NCBI GenBank assembly: GCA_951406725.2
Contig: OX597841.1
Span: 12,586,001 to 12,650,000, forward strand
Reading direction: 5' to 3'
Source: Octopus vulgaris
Taxonomy: Eukaryota
DNA: 64,000 bases
Part shown: one piece after another, positions 26,931-40,695 of the stretch
Numbering within the stretch: position 1 is the stretch's first letter
Layout of the letters: each line of letters starts with the position of its first letter
Position numbers and translations under genes: made by a program
The notes under the pieces: generated by a model
The model's database searches: none
The model's input: the letters and a program-made list of their open reading frames with translations, nothing else
Told to the model about the DNA's origin: nothing

Positions 26931-29900
26931 TATCATTTATAACTTGAACTAATTCGCTGTACGCCTCTCAGTTTCAAGGCCGGGCATCGAAGCGTTTGTA
27001 TCTTTTCTTGGAACCAGTTTCTGACACCAAGTTCCATTTATTAAATACGCAATATTTTTGGGATTGGGATGAGTCACATAACGGCCTCTTCTATTGTTGC
27101 CAGTTTCTCAATAACATCGTACAAAAACCTAATTATTTTTCTTTGGTAAAGATGAGGGTTGGAGTTAACACAGCAAACGTTTGTGAACTGTGGAGTCCTG
27201 TTATCAACATTCAACTGTCATTTTAAAATCAGTGACGAAGCAACCAGTTCACTTCGTATTGAGTTTCTCGCGCTTACGCCATAAAACGAATTACATTGTT
27301 TTCGCTTTTCAGTTCAATGTCTAACACTTGAAGCCGTTTTTCTCTCTGATTTAAATGAATAATTATTGACTGAATTCCACTTTAATCTCGTCTCATCTCC
27401 AGCAAACTTCTTCATTGATATTAATTATCATCTCTTTATCTTTCAGCTTTTGTCACAGATAAAGAAGTGAAACGAAAGAAAACAATACTTATTCTACAAA
27501 GTGATTCATAACTCGCACGTTCTCCCCCTCTCTCTTTCTTTTTCGTTCTAGTTCCTCTCTCTCTCTCTCTTTCTCTCTTGTTGTCTTGTACCTTCTCTCT
27601 TTCTCTCTCACACTTTCTTTTTCGTTCTAGTTCCTCTCCCTCTTTCTTTCTCTCTTGTTGTCTTGTACCTTCTCTCTTTCTCTCTCACACTTTCTTTTTC
27701 GTTCTAGTTCCTCTCTCTCTCTCTCTCTCCCTCGGTGCAGCAAACTTTACACACAATGCTTTGTTTTGTATCTTTTTGTTTTCTTATTTAATTTTTAATT
27801 TTTTTCGTTAGCTTTGCCCAGAAGAATTCCATTCACCATTATCACCACCACCACCACAACCACCACCACCAACACCATTACCACCACCACCATCATCATC
27901 ATCGTCGTCATCACTTAAATATCCATTTTCCATGCTGTCATGGAATTGGACGGTTTCACAGGATCTGATGGGTCCAAGGACTGCATTGTGCTCCAGGGTT
28001 TGCTTTAACAGGGTTTCTACGGCTGAGTGCCCTTCCTAGCGCCGGGGGCTCTTTGCTCATGCCACCAGCACTGGTAAAGTCACCAGGTAGTTTGTAAGAC
28101 AATGAATCCCAGAGTGGGAAGGGTTTATGCCAGGAGGTGAGGGGCAAAAGTATAAGAGAAAGGACCCAGAGCAGACCGGGTCCCCTGCTATAGATGAAGG
28201 GGTTCATAGGGCTATTCCTGTTTTGGAAGATAAGGTGGATGATCGGGGTGGATGATCGGGGTGGAACTGGAGAGTATAAAATAGTGGTAATGAAATTAAT
28301 TATCTTTGTAGGTCCCCACGGTAAGACGAAGTGAGTAAAAGGGAGTGGGGGAGGAGAAGAACAGGTAGTGTGCGTGGGTGGGAGTTTCAAGAGTGTATGA
28401 GACAGGGAGAAATGTGGAATGGGTGAGGGGTGAATATAACGATTGAAGAACAAGGGCTGAGCGGATAAGTAGGGGAGGTAGGGAAGAGTAGGTGACAACT
28501 GCAGAGATCCCGGTTGGGATGGAAGGTTATAGAGTGAGTGATGGATAAGTGGAGGAGTTACCAATGATGCATGTGAATTAAGGAAGGTAGGAAAGAGTAG
28601 GTGATGACTGGCAGCACAGGATAAAGAAGGGGTGAAGAATAACGGAATAATAATGATACAGTGGACTGGGGACGGTTGACGGAGAGATGATGATGATGAT
28701 GATGATGTGTGGTTAGGTAGGGTGAAAGAGAGTGTGAAAAGAGGCTGGTTTAGTAAATGAAGAGAGTGAGATACGTACGGCGGTGGTGAAGGAGGTTTAA
28801 GGGAGAGAGTGATCAGTGCAAAATGCGGGTGGAGAGGGCAGTGTAAGTCGCTTCTTTCAGTTTTCAACGCAAGCAAATTGTGGCACAAAGGACTATACAA
28901 AAGGCCTTGTCTGCCTCAATGGTTGATAAATACATGGATCTGTGGAGTGAAGCAGTTCACTTGCCAACCACACAGCTTCGGGTTCAATCTTAGGGTGCAG
29001 TTACTTGAACAATTGTTCTCTAGTGTAGGCTTGGATTGTCCAATGCCTTGTGAATTAATTTGGTAGATAACTGACGTGTGTATATATGTGGAGTGGGGGG
29101 TGTCCTTCCACCGCATGACAACTGGTCCTGGTTTGTTTACGTCCCTCTGACTTACGGGCCTGGCAAAAGAGGCTGATAGGCAAAGTACAGGACTTTAAAT
29201 AAAGTAAGTTCTGGAGTCAATTTATTTGATTTAAACCCTTCGTGACAGTGCCCCAGCATGGCCGCAGTCCAAGTAAAAGAACTGACAATACTTGAGTTGT
29301 TTACTTGAAGGCCGTGAGTTGCATACTGCCCCTGCACCCCACCTGTTGGTTGGCTGGTTGGTTTGTTGGGACTGCCAGCTCCCATCGATCTCGCTCTCCT
29401 TCCCCCCACCCCCAGTTATTCCTTCACCTTGTTGCAGCTAATTCTGTAGAATCGGTGGAGCATCAGAGAAATATGTCGTGACATTTTCTTACAGCTCTGG
29501 GCAGTTCAAATCCCATCAAACCGGCCTTTGCTTTCATCTTTTCTGGGTCGGTTAAAACAAAGAACCAGCCTAGCACTGGCGTTGAGGATGTCAACAAACC
29601 CTCTCTCAGTTCTGCAGGCCTTGAACCGGAATCAGGATCGATCGTTATTGATCATATTATCGATCCCGAAAGAACGAAACGCAACGGTCCGCCGAGGTGG
29701 ACTTTGCCGTTCGTTCTTTCTATGAAATAAATACCAGTTGACCTTAGGGGGTCGATGTAATCGCTTGCCCCCCCCCCCCTCTCTCAAAATTCCAGACCTT
29801 GTGCCTATAGTAGAAAGAGTTATTATTATTATTATTATTGAATGTTTAGGGTGTTGCAATTGCGAGATTGTGGTTTCAATTCTTCGGTCGGGTTGCTCGT

Positions 29901-30117
29901 TGTGTTCTTGAGCAAAACACTTCCTCTCGTGTTGCCCTGTGAGATCACTTTTGGACACCCGGTACTTGGTACTCCCGGTACCTGTTCAGACAGCATCGAT
30001 TTGGTGGAGGGATGAGCTTAATCTACAGCACACCCGTTCGATCGCTGGAAACAAACCATTTGTGCAAGTCGTTTGGGAAAAGACTGAGATCTCTTACGTC
30101 GTCTTCAGCGAGAGAGT

Positions 30118-30137
30118 CCATCATGATCATGATCACC

Positions 30138-30171
<34 letters not shown>

Positions 30172-30236
30172 CCACCATCACCATCATCATCATCACCATC
30201 ATTACCATAATCATCACCACCACCACCACCACCACC

Positions 30237-30270
<34 letters not shown>

Positions 30271-30308
30271 CCACCACCACCATCATCATCACCACCACCA
30301 CCATCATC

Positions 30309-30339
<31 letters not shown>

Positions 30340-30359
30340 CCACCACCACCATCATCACC

Positions 30360-30393
<34 letters not shown>

Positions 30394-30495
30394 TCATCAC
30401 CACCACCATCATCATCATCAGCAGCAGCAGCAGCATCATCATCATCATCACCACCACCACCATCACAACCATCATCACCATCATCATTATCATTA
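30118..30495. repeat. (CAC/CAT)n trinucleotide microsatellite
   Basis: Direct reading; source of the poly-His ORF. Confidence 0.96.
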
Positions 30496-32010
30496 CTAAC
30501 AAATCTACCCCTCTACGATGGAGGCATAAAATGGGAGAAATGGACCCTGAGAGATTACTGGGTGATGTCTTAGAGAAATCACATTGTTGTTGTTGGTGAT
30601 GCAGCATCCTGTTGCAGCTGAATGACATGTGCTTGCGACTAAGTGACATGTGATGAAGGTTCACTCACCCAACTGAAGAAATAGGCCCTCAGCCTCTGCA
30701 TCCCGAATGGACCACTCCTAACGAAAGCCAGAACTTCCTTCGACTACAAAATAAAAAGAATAAATAAAAAATATTATTATTTCGATATATTTTTATTTTA
30801 GTTGTTTACACTATTTTACGCTCGTTTATACTTTTATACATTCAAAGTTCACAAATGTCCTTATCTAAATTACGAATCGTATTCCTTTCGATAATATCAA
30901 TGATTGCAAAACTTCTTTTCCGTCTGGTGAACAATGGATGGAAGCACTCCGTCGGTTACGACGACGAGGGTTCCGGTTGATCCGAATCAACGGAACAGCC
31001 TGCTCGTGAAATTAACGTGTAAGTGGCTGAGCACTCCACAGACACGTGTACCCTTAACGTAGTTCTAGGGGATATTCAGCGTGACACAGAGAGTGACAAG
31101 GCCGGCCCTTTGAAATACAGGTACAACAGAAACAGGAAGTAAGAGTGAGAGAAAGTTGTGGTGAAAGAGTACAGCAGGGATCACCACCATCACCTGCCGG
31201 AGCGTCGTGGAGCTTTAGGTGTTTTCACTCAATAAACACTCACAACGCCCGGACTGGGAATCGAAACCGCAATCCTATGACCGCGAGTCCGCCGCCCTAA
31301 CCACTGGGCCATTGCGCCTCCACCTGGTCAACAATAATTTTCAAATTACTGGAGTCCGTTGCTCTACTCATAACCACGTTTGTAAACATGGTCGTGTGTA
31401 AACATCGGAGTGAGTAAAAAGAAAGCTAAACGAGCTAAATTCTGGTCCTGTGCTTTGTTTACTGTGAAAATCGCGAGCGGACTCTTTAGGAATCTGCCCA
31501 TCTACGAAGGGAAATAAAGGGATAATATCGCAAATCTAAACCCTCTGAATTCACGAACAATACGGGGGAGGGGGCAGGAAATCCAGAGCTAATCCTCGTC
31601 GCCGAAATTTTAACAAAAAAAAAATCAAAGCTGAGTTATTAATACAAAACTCAATATAGGTTAATTGTTCATAGACCAATTAAAGATGAGCCGAACCCAT
31701 CACAATCATTCCTTAATAAAGCTATCCTAAACTAAAATTTCCTCATATGGCGTAATTCAGTGAAGTAAGTTGACTTACTTCCCTTCGCTTCTTTTATTAG
31801 TTATCTCCCCCTTAATTTTTATTTACTTTTTTATACCCCCGTAAACTGAACAATCACCCCCAATATCCACGAAATAATCATACTTTTTCACATTCTTCCC
31901 CCTAAAAACCTGCCTGATTGCCTCTTTCGTAATCCTGACCATTGGTCAAGCCATTTGACCGTGAAGATGGAACAGACAGACAGGCGGTCATAACGCCCGT
32001 TATGGTAAGA
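30496..32010 (-). mobile_element. Helitron-like units related to 15644-18010 (30496-~30730 and 31487-32010)
   Basis: CTAACAAATCTACCCCTCTACGATGG start; 200-nt block shared with 16025-16225; end ...CGCCCGTTATGGTAAGA|T (TC on minus strand). Confidence 0.5.
30936..31323 (-). mobile_element. tRNA(Arg)-like SINE family C, tail type 2, 12-bp TSD
   Basis: Head TGGAGGCGCAATGGCCCAGTGGTTAGG...ACTCGCGG...GGTTTCGATTCCC; TSD CTGGTGAACAAT/CTGGTCAACAAT at 30924 and 31324. Confidence 0.88.
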
Positions 32011-32199
32011 TTATAAATATTTTGGTTTGGTTCAGGTTCGTTCTTGGCCCTCGTAGAATTTATGAGGAAAGCGGGTTGCTACCTGTAGCTTTATCCACAA
32101 GTTTTCGGCTGTCTTTTAAGTGCCTAGAACCTTCTTGATTATCCTTGCTGTCTCTAAGAGACAAACTTCCTGTCGGAGCTCTACCAGACACTAATTAAC

Positions 32200-33240
32200 A
32201 TCGTTTATATTCTCTCCTTATCACATGTTTTATTGGAACCCCTGGAGTCTTGCATGCATGGTGGGTTTACTACCTGCAGCCTACGGTACCATGCTATCCG
32301 TTCTTTTCAGCTTTCTAATGCTTTCCCGATTATTCTGGCCATGTGCCAAGGAGGCAAACCTTTTGTAACAGTTCTACTGGGCATTCTATTCCAATTTCCT
32401 TTATATTCCCTTTGATCCCTTCTGATACTGTCCCCAAAGACCCAACAATAATTGCCATTATCTTCACCTGCTTCATTTTCCAGAGCCGCGCTATTTCGTA
32501 CTTAAGAGGGTTGTTTCTATTTTTCTTTTCGCCTTCCTTCTTGACTATTCGTGGGTCAAAGAAGAATGCAACATCAGCTATATAGCACATGTGGTGCACC
32601 TTGTCCACCCCCACAAGGTCCAGTTTGTTGTGCTCCAGCACCTGATCTGTTTGGATTGGGAAATCCTAGAGGATTTTGCTAGTCTCCAACTTCGCCACTC
32701 TCAGCGGTTTGTGTTCATACCCCGTCTTACGTCTCGCTATCCTCCACTTTTTCTAATGTAGTACTTTCATTACCTGATTGTGTCGCCTCAACTTGTAATG
32801 GTTTTGAGCCAGTCTAGGGCATTCGTTCGTGATATGAGCAATGGTTTCATCCAATCTGTTGAAGATGGAGCACAGCGGAGACACTTGCTCATTCCTAAGG
32901 TTGACCCTCCAATTCGTGGCCAAATCCTTTTCATTACACATCTCAGAGCTCTTCATTTTACTTGCTCTGACGAATTCTGTAAGAATTCTCCAATGATCAT
33001 ACATACGTTGTCGGTAACTCCTAATTTGAGCACCATTTTCATCTACCGGGCTGCTCATATAGTAACACTCCATGACCACAGCATTAATTTGCCTGCTCCA
33101 TCTGCCCCGTGTGTGGTGGTCCCTTTCTGGATATCGACAGGTTGGAGCCGGACCAGAATCTTTGAGCCTGCCGGGTGTAACACTGTCACAATCATTGGCT
33201 TCAGTTTCGTTACCACCGTTATTCACAATATTTTGTTTCT
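32200..33240 (-). mobile_element. R4/Dong-type LINE, internally deleted (N-terminus joined to zinc knuckle/endonuclease)
   Basis: RWSRQINAVVMECYY...YRQRMYDHW joined to ETIAHITNECPRLAQNHYKLRRHNQV...QTDQVLEHNKLDL...LQKVCLLGT. Confidence 0.82.
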
Positions 33241-33389
33241 TATGAGGTAGCGATTATCAGGTTGCGCAATTATTACCAGTGTTTGTATTGTGACACCATC
33301 ACTAGATGTATCATTAATCAGCTCATGAGGAGAGGGAGGAGGCTCCACCCGTTTCCTTTCATTATTCATCATCATCATCATCATCATCA

Positions 33390-33634
33390 TCGTTTAACGT
33401 CCACTTTCCATGCTGGCATGGGTTGGACGGTACAACTGGGGTCTGGGAAGCCAGAAGGCTGCACCAGGCCCAGTCTGATCTGACAGTGTTTCTACGGCTG
33501 GATGCCCTTCCTAACGCCAACCACTCCATGAGTGTAGTGGGTGCTTTTTACGTGCCACCGGCACAGGCGCCAGACGAGGCTGGCAACGGCCACGATCGGA
33601 TGGTGCTTTTTACGTGCCACCGGCACGGAAGCCA

Positions 33635-33635
<1 letters not shown>
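33390..33635 (-). mobile_element. SINE/RTE-related repeat family D (other copies about 27910-28200, 37840-37997, 48780-49100)
   Basis: Shared GGCGTTAGGAAGGGCATCCAGCCGTAGAAAC core, CCCATGCCAGCATGGAAA...GTTAAACGATGATG end and (GAT)n tail. Confidence 0.72.
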
Positions 33636-33667
<32 letters not shown>

Positions 33668-33740
33668 GTCGTCGTCGTCGTCGTCCTCCTCCTCCTCCTC
33701 CTCCTCATCATCATCATCATCATCATCATCATTATTATTA

Positions 33741-34080
33741 TTCAGTATTCTTACTTTTATCATATGCTTTCACTGCACTAGCAAGTTCATCTCTGTGTGC
33801 CTTGGGTATGTGCTGTAGTTTGTTGTGATGCTCTGATGGTTATTGTATTGAAAGTGTTTTGCGTAGAATGTGTGCAGTGCCTAGTAGGGCAATTTTCTGT
33901 ATGTTATATGTGTTTGTAAGTCCTGGTGTTTTTGTTATGTGTTTGTCTGAATATTTTTTTATCATGCCTAATGCACCTACTATGATAGGAATTGTTTCTG
34001 TTTTTAGACTCCACATTCGGGTTACCTCTATTTCCAGCTCTTTGTATTTTGAAAGTTTCTCCGTTTCTTTTAGAGATACA
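33741..34080 (-). mobile_element. R4/Dong-type LINE, 5'-truncated 3' end, embedded in (TAA)n
   Basis: VSLKETEKLSKYKELEIE...GTAHILRKTLSIQ*, close to the 1990-2600 copy; TAA repeats on both sides. Confidence 0.9.
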
Positions 34081-34106
34081 TTATTATTATTATTATTATT
34101 ATTATA

Positions 34107-34200
<94 letters not shown>

Positions 34201-34369
34201 TTGAGTGAGAGAGCAGCGCGTGCCATCAAAGTGACAGTAGGGTACAATAAGTAGGAAACCCAATAAAACCATCGTGACTAACCGTCTAATAAGGGGCAAC
34301 CAGGCACATGCATTACAACCACATGTGCGCCACATGGTGATCTCATATCAGGACAAGCAGCGCATGACC

Positions 34370-34396
34370 TTGTTGTTGTTGTTGTTGTTGTTGCTC

Positions 34397-34473
<77 letters not shown>

Positions 34474-34489
34474 GTTATTATTATTATTA

Positions 34490-34571
<82 letters not shown>

Positions 34572-34585
34572 CATTATTATTATTA
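34370..34585. repeat. (TTG/TTA)n microsatellite
   Basis: Direct reading. Confidence 0.96.
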
Positions 34586-34619
34586 GAAAGCAGTTATACA
34601 CTTCTTTGATGAGCGAGAA

Positions 34620-35920
34620 TTTCTATTTTGAGATTTGGCGCAACGAGTCTCCTCAAATCACAAGAATTTTTTCTTATGATTGTTGCAGAATATAGGATTG
34701 CACTTTACTCAAGGTCGACAAGCAAGTCTCAGTTCCAATATCTGCCGGTCTTTTAGATAATATATTGGCTGTTGTGCCAAAAGCATCAATTACCGCAAGA
34801 ATAATTCCAATTTCTTTGGTAATCGATTTTTTAATAAAGAATTGCAATTTTCCTGATCCTATGCTGTTTATTTTGCCCTCTCCAATCATGTCCGATCTTC
34901 TTGTTTCAGTAAAAAAGTAGAGTTGTTAGTCGTTATAAGGAAGTCCCATAAAACCCTGTCATTCTTATTCTTTATCACAATCTCTAACCTGTGTCCATAC
35001 TACTTTTCTATCACCTTGAGGGCGCAAACTCGGTTAACATCCCAATGCAGCCGCGTCTGCGTTTATACTCGTTTTGTGCTAGCTTATTGCACTCACTAAG
35101 GAGATGGTTAATACTTTCGGCTCCGTTTCCACATATTCTGAGTTTGCTTGCTGATTTGGTTTTATAAATATTTGCCTTTATCAAAATCATCTTAATGGAT
35201 TGGTCCCGAACAGCTATAATAAGCATTTCAGTTTCTCATTTCAAGTTGCCGTCCGTCAGCTTCAACCAATATTCTCTACTTCCGACACTTTCGATTTGTT
35301 GCATGAATTGGCCATGTAATTCCACTTCTTTCTATCTGCTTGTTCTGTCGTTCTTCCTTCTTCTCTTTTCAGTAACTTTTAACCATCTTCTTCACAACAT
35401 ACAACATAATCCTTCAACTCCAATATCATAATAGTAACGGCATATTCTATATTCTGTAATCCTCTCATTCTTTCTTTTCTTTCTTGTTAGATACAGTCCA
35501 TCGGTATTGCTCTATCGGCAGCGCATTGTAAGCAGCTTTCTAGTTCTTCTAAGACATATATCCCTGTCTTTGTCCATTTATTAAAGGGAACAGAATGTCT
35601 TTATACTGGAACAGTCCGTGTGTTTGCTGCTTTTGATAATATTCCATCCATTTAATTTTTTTCTGAGCCCCTTCCTAATTCCCCTTTTCTAATCTTCGGC
35701 GATTTTCTCCCTCATTTCACCCCTATTACCGTATCACCTTGAAGCACTCCTAGGTACGTTCCCCCGTCATCATTAAAAAGGGATCTAACGATGTTGTCTT
35801 GGGGTAGCGCTCTTATTCATCCAAACTGCATTCCGATGCCTTAACTAAATACTCTCACTGTTTGGATCACTATATTCATATCGTTTTCACCTTTTGCACA
35901 TAGTTTAGGATCATCCATGG
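34620..35920 (-). mobile_element. Old R4/Dong-type LINE fragment (RT C-half plus endonuclease)
   Basis: MDDPKLCAK near 35900; ETEMLIIAVRDQSI...ICGNGAESINHLLSECNKLAQNEYKRR; many lesions. Confidence 0.75.
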
Positions 35921-36039
35921 TGCAGCCTTCTGGCTTAGTCCCCGGTCAGACCGTCGAACCCATGCCAGCATGGAAACATGAAAGTTAAACGATGATGATA
36001 TACATATACACATAAATATATATATATATATACACATTC

Positions 36040-36252
36040 AAAATGTGACCGCGTGTGTATCGTTGGCGATTTTTTTCCTCCGTCTTCCCCTCCTTGGATC
36101 TTTCCTTTTCCTATGTTTCTGACGAAGAGCTCCGCTCGAAACGTTAACTCCTCCTTCTTTCTTTCTTTTCCTGAGCGTCCAATAACACTATACTTGTTCC
36201 ACGCCCTCGCGTTGTTGTGTTTTCTCTTTGTGTTTTCATGTTTGGATTAACT
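36040..36252 (+). mobile_element. Repeat family H1 with minimal hammerhead (36115-36148), canonical CTGACGA core
   Basis: GTTT CTGACGA A GAGC TCC GCTC GAAA CG TT AAC; between (TA)/(CA) tracts. Confidence 0.78.
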
Positions 36253-36263
36253 TTATATGTATG

Positions 36264-36317
<54 letters not shown>

Positions 36318-36532
36318 CATACACATAAATAAATAAAGGTGCAAAACAGCACCTACAATTGCTAGAAATAAGAGCTAAATAATATTTTTTTCTTAGCTTC
36401 TATTTCTAGCAATTGCAGATGCTATTTTGCACCCTTATTTATATATTCTACTTTTTGGGTTTTTAATTGCTTTAGCCACCGATATTAAAACGTATTTAAT
36501 ATATCATGATAGTAATTTATTCTTATAATATC

Positions 36533-36606
<74 letters not shown>

Positions 36607-36608
<2 letters not shown>

Positions 36609-36900
36609 GAGGCGCAATGGCCCAATGGTTAGAGTAGCGGACTCGCGGTTGTAGGATCGCGGTTTCGATTCCCAGACCGGGCGTTGTGAGTGTTTATTGA
36701 GCGAAAACACCTAAAGCTCCACGAGGCTCCGGCAGGGGGTGGTGATCCCTGCTGTACTCTTTCACCACTCTTTCTCTCACTCTTTCTTCTGTTGGCCTGC
36801 TCGCTTAGCCAGCGGGGTGGCCTCATTTGAAGGCTAAAACAATGCGAAGCGCATTGTGACCAGCGATGTATAGCAACATCTGATAGTCTGGTCAGTCACG

Positions 36901-36905
<5 letters not shown>
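36607..36905 (+). mobile_element. tRNA(Arg)-like SINE family C, tail type 3
   Basis: Head and body nearly identical to 30936-31323 up to ...TTCTGTTG, unrelated tail afterwards. Confidence 0.87.
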
Positions 36906-36946
<41 letters not shown>

Positions 36947-36984
36947 TAGATAGACAGACAGACAGATAGATAGATAGATAGAGA

Positions 36985-37206
36985 TATGAAGTAGGATGCT
37001 GAAAAGTTCTTGGCTTTGGGTAAAAGAAAACAGAGGAGGATCAGTTGATCATGATTTTATGTAACATATTCCCTTCTCAGATCCATACACTTATTGCAGG
37101 GGTCCTTCAGTTTTTCTAAGCCCTGTATAAGAACTTGGAAGTTTGAGCCTCCAACCAGGTCTTTCTTGATACCCTTAAAGCCAGCAACTTTTTAGCATCC
37201 CATCAT
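36985..37206. mobile_element. mariner-derived MITE
   Basis: TIRs GGATGCTGAAAAGTTCTTGGCTTT / AAAGCCAGCAACTTTTTAGCATCC, TA ends, internal transposase C-terminal remnant. Confidence 0.72.
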
Positions 37207-38141
37207 AACTCTGTACATAATCTTTTTACAGCTAGACACTGTGTTATTATAGAGGGTTATGAAGGATGAAGGGGTCAAGGCTGACCTCGGGCCCTGGACC
37301 CTGATCAGAGATGACAGAGTAGCAGAACCTCTGGGGACATGAGGTGCTCAGCCCCACATCAGCAAAAATGACTGTACTGGCTCATTCACAGCCCCACCCC
37401 ACTTTCATGCATTAGGCCTGCCTCTTCTGTCTGACCCCTGGCCCCTGCAGAATACTAACCCTGTCATTCCTTTCTCTTGACATCAAACCTTCACAATTTT
37501 ATTATCTTTCCTGCTCCCTCAACTCCCCACCACAGTCTCCCCACACTTGTGGTTCCGTGACCATCCACCCTTCAGCCCAATCCATTCTGCCTCCCACTGC
37601 TATCCCCCTATCCCCTTATTCTCCTTAACTTGTAATATTCTAAACCAATTCTTCAACTCCCTTGTGCCTTGAGGGGTCACCTAGGCACCCCATTGCCATT
37701 ATCTTTTGCAGCTCCCACACTTTTTCTCTTTCTCTCCCCTTCCGAAAAGACCCAACAAGCCATGCAGACCCTCACAACAATCTGCTAGCCCCTTCTCAAA
37801 ACTTAATCCCTTGTCCCCTAGCATGGAGCTGCCTCCATCCCCCACTTCTCACTGGTACTGGTGCCCCTCAAAAGCACCCACTACACCCGGTAAGGTGGTT
37901 GATGTTAGGAAGGGCATCCAGCCAGCAGGAAGCTCTTGGACACATAGGATACTATCAAACTGTCCAACCCCTGCCAGCATAGAACATGGATGTTAAATGA
38001 TGATAATGGTGATGACGATGAGGATGAGGATGATGATGGTGGTGGCGGTGATGACATTGTGTCCATATACATGTTTACTCTCTATATACATACATGATTA
38101 CACTGAATATATACACCTATACACTATACATGTATATAAAG

Positions 38142-38195
<54 letters not shown>

Positions 38196-38268
38196 TATAT
38201 GTAAGTATATATATATGAATATGTATTTGTGTGTATTTTATATATAGATATATATATGTATGTTTGTA

Positions 38269-38334
<66 letters not shown>

Positions 38335-38760
38335 CATACATACATATATATATAAATACACACACACAGATATATATACATATATACATACATACATATA
38401 TATATCTATATATAAATATACATACACATATACATTCATATATATATATACATACACATATATATATATATACATACATATATATCTATATATATACATA
38501 CACATGCACATTCATATATATACATATATATATATATCAACAATCAAGGAACGGCCATAATAGGCCATTCACCCACTAGAAATAACAGCCAAAGCTTCAA
38601 CCGCAAATAAAAATTATATATATGTAAATAAAAATTATATATATATATATATATATATATCAATAATAATAATATGACAACAAAAGAATGAATGAGATCT
38701 CGATATTATGTAAATAGAAGAATCTATCTGTAATATAATATGTGACAATTATTCGGTTGC

Positions 38761-38827
38761 CATAATAAAACTGAGAGTTTCAGATGTTGGGGTGGAAGTC
38801 TGCTCCGGCATCTCGTCAGTTATTATG
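38761..38827 (-). ncRNA. Type-I hammerhead ribozyme motif, canonical core, 8-bp stem I
   Basis: Minus strand: CATAATAA CTGACGA GATG...CATC T GAAA CTCTCAG TT TTATTATG; inside inverted repeat 38741-38880. Confidence 0.75.
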
Positions 38828-38911
38828 ACCCGAAACTCTGAAATTCTGAGCTTTATTAGGGCAACCGACTAACTGTCACATATTATATTTTATATATATA
38901 TATATATATAT

Positions 38912-39161
38912 TATTAAATTAGAGATAAAACCACTATTAGGCAAATCATACAATGAAAAACTTAAGCCAATACATAAGATTATTTAATTTATATTATTTA
39001 AATATATAACAAAATTATTAAAAAAATATAATTAATATTAATTATATTTTTTTAATAATTTTGATATATATTTAAATAATATAAATTAAATAATCTTATG
39101 TATTGGCTTAAGTTTTTCATTGTATGATTTGCCTAATAGTGGTTTTATCTTTAATTTAATA
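38912..39161. repeat. 250-nt near-perfect palindrome
   Basis: Centre 39036/39037 (TAATTAAT|ATTAATTA); the right arm continues into a repeat also at 21200-21300 in the opposite orientation. Confidence 0.92.
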
Positions 39162-39243
39162 TAATATAATATTTTACTATAAAATTGGATTCAATCCTAA
39201 ATCTGATTTTTCCCTGTAAGTTTGGATTTATTCCCTAATATTT

Positions 39244-39329
<86 letters not shown>

Positions 39330-39356
39330 GTATATATATGTATATATATGTCTATA

Positions 39357-39423
<67 letters not shown>

Positions 39424-40237
39424 GTATATATATATATATGTATGTGTGTATATATATATATATATGTATATATATACATATATACATCTGTATATACATA
39501 TACACATCTGTACACAGTCTATCTACATCTACACACAATATATACAAATCTACACACTGGTTATATATATCTACACACTGTCTGAATACAGTCTTTATAT
39601 ACATCTACACACTATTTGTATACATGCTTGCACTAAGTCTTTATTACACACACACACACACATCACAGACAACAACAACAGCAAGAAGAAGAAGAAGAAC
39701 AACAACAACAACAAGAGAAATAACAAGATCAAAGTTAAACACGGAAAGTTCAATAAACTTTTTAGAAAAATATTTTTTTTTTTTTGCCGATCTTTTTTCA
39801 AATTAATTTCACAGCTGAAGTCATTCATTTTTTTAAAACCTGATTAAAATTGGAACAACAACAATGACAACGAACGGCAATGACGATGACGATGATGACG
39901 ATGATGATGATGATGACACATGGGATGGACCAGAAATAAATACCCCCATCCCCCCACGCCCCTCCCCCCCATTGTGTAGTGGTGGTGCTTGCTGGTATTA
40001 CATAAGAACCAGAGATAAATAAATGACAAATACACACGTGTGTGTGTGTGAGGAGATTATAGATTATAGATATCAATTGATTCATTAATTGTAATCTGGG
40101 TTATCAGTGCTAATTTTGTTCCATTTTGTTCCTTCTTTCTTTCTTTCTTTCTTTTTTCTCCTAATTTCGTTCGATTCAACAATAACCGCAATCATTCAGG
40201 TCGAAGAGTAGAACACGGCCAGCCTAAACCTCATTCT

Positions 40238-40290
40238 TATCATCACTCTCATCACTATAATCATCATCATCATCACCATCACCATCATCG

Positions 40291-40322
<32 letters not shown>

Positions 40323-40628
40323 GTCATCATCATCATCGTCATCATCATCACTATAATCATCATCATCATCACCATCGTCGTCATCATCATCATCGTCGTC
40401 ATCACCATCGTCATCATCATCACTATAATCATCATCATCATCACCATCGTCGTCATCATCATCATCGTCGTCATCACCATCGTCATCATCATCACCATCG
40501 TCGTCATCATCATCATCGTCGTCATCATCATCATCATTGTCATCATTATCATCATCGTCGTCATCATCATCATCATCGTCATCATCATCATCATCGTCGT
40601 CATCGTTATTATTATAATTTATTATTAC

Positions 40629-40666
<38 letters not shown>

Positions 40667-40695
40667 GTTATTAATTATTATTATTATTATTATTA
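40238..40695. repeat. (CAT/CGT)n followed by (TAT)n microsatellites
   Basis: Direct reading. Confidence 0.95.

Noticed and set aside
27956-28900. 314-aa minus-strand ORF
   Set aside because: Low-complexity purine/pyrimidine-skewed DNA overlapping a family D repeat; no recognisable domain
36607-36680. tRNA-Arg gene (also 6305-6370 and other SINE heads)
   Set aside because: tRNA-like heads continue into SINE bodies, and the cloverleaf/acceptor stems are imperfect
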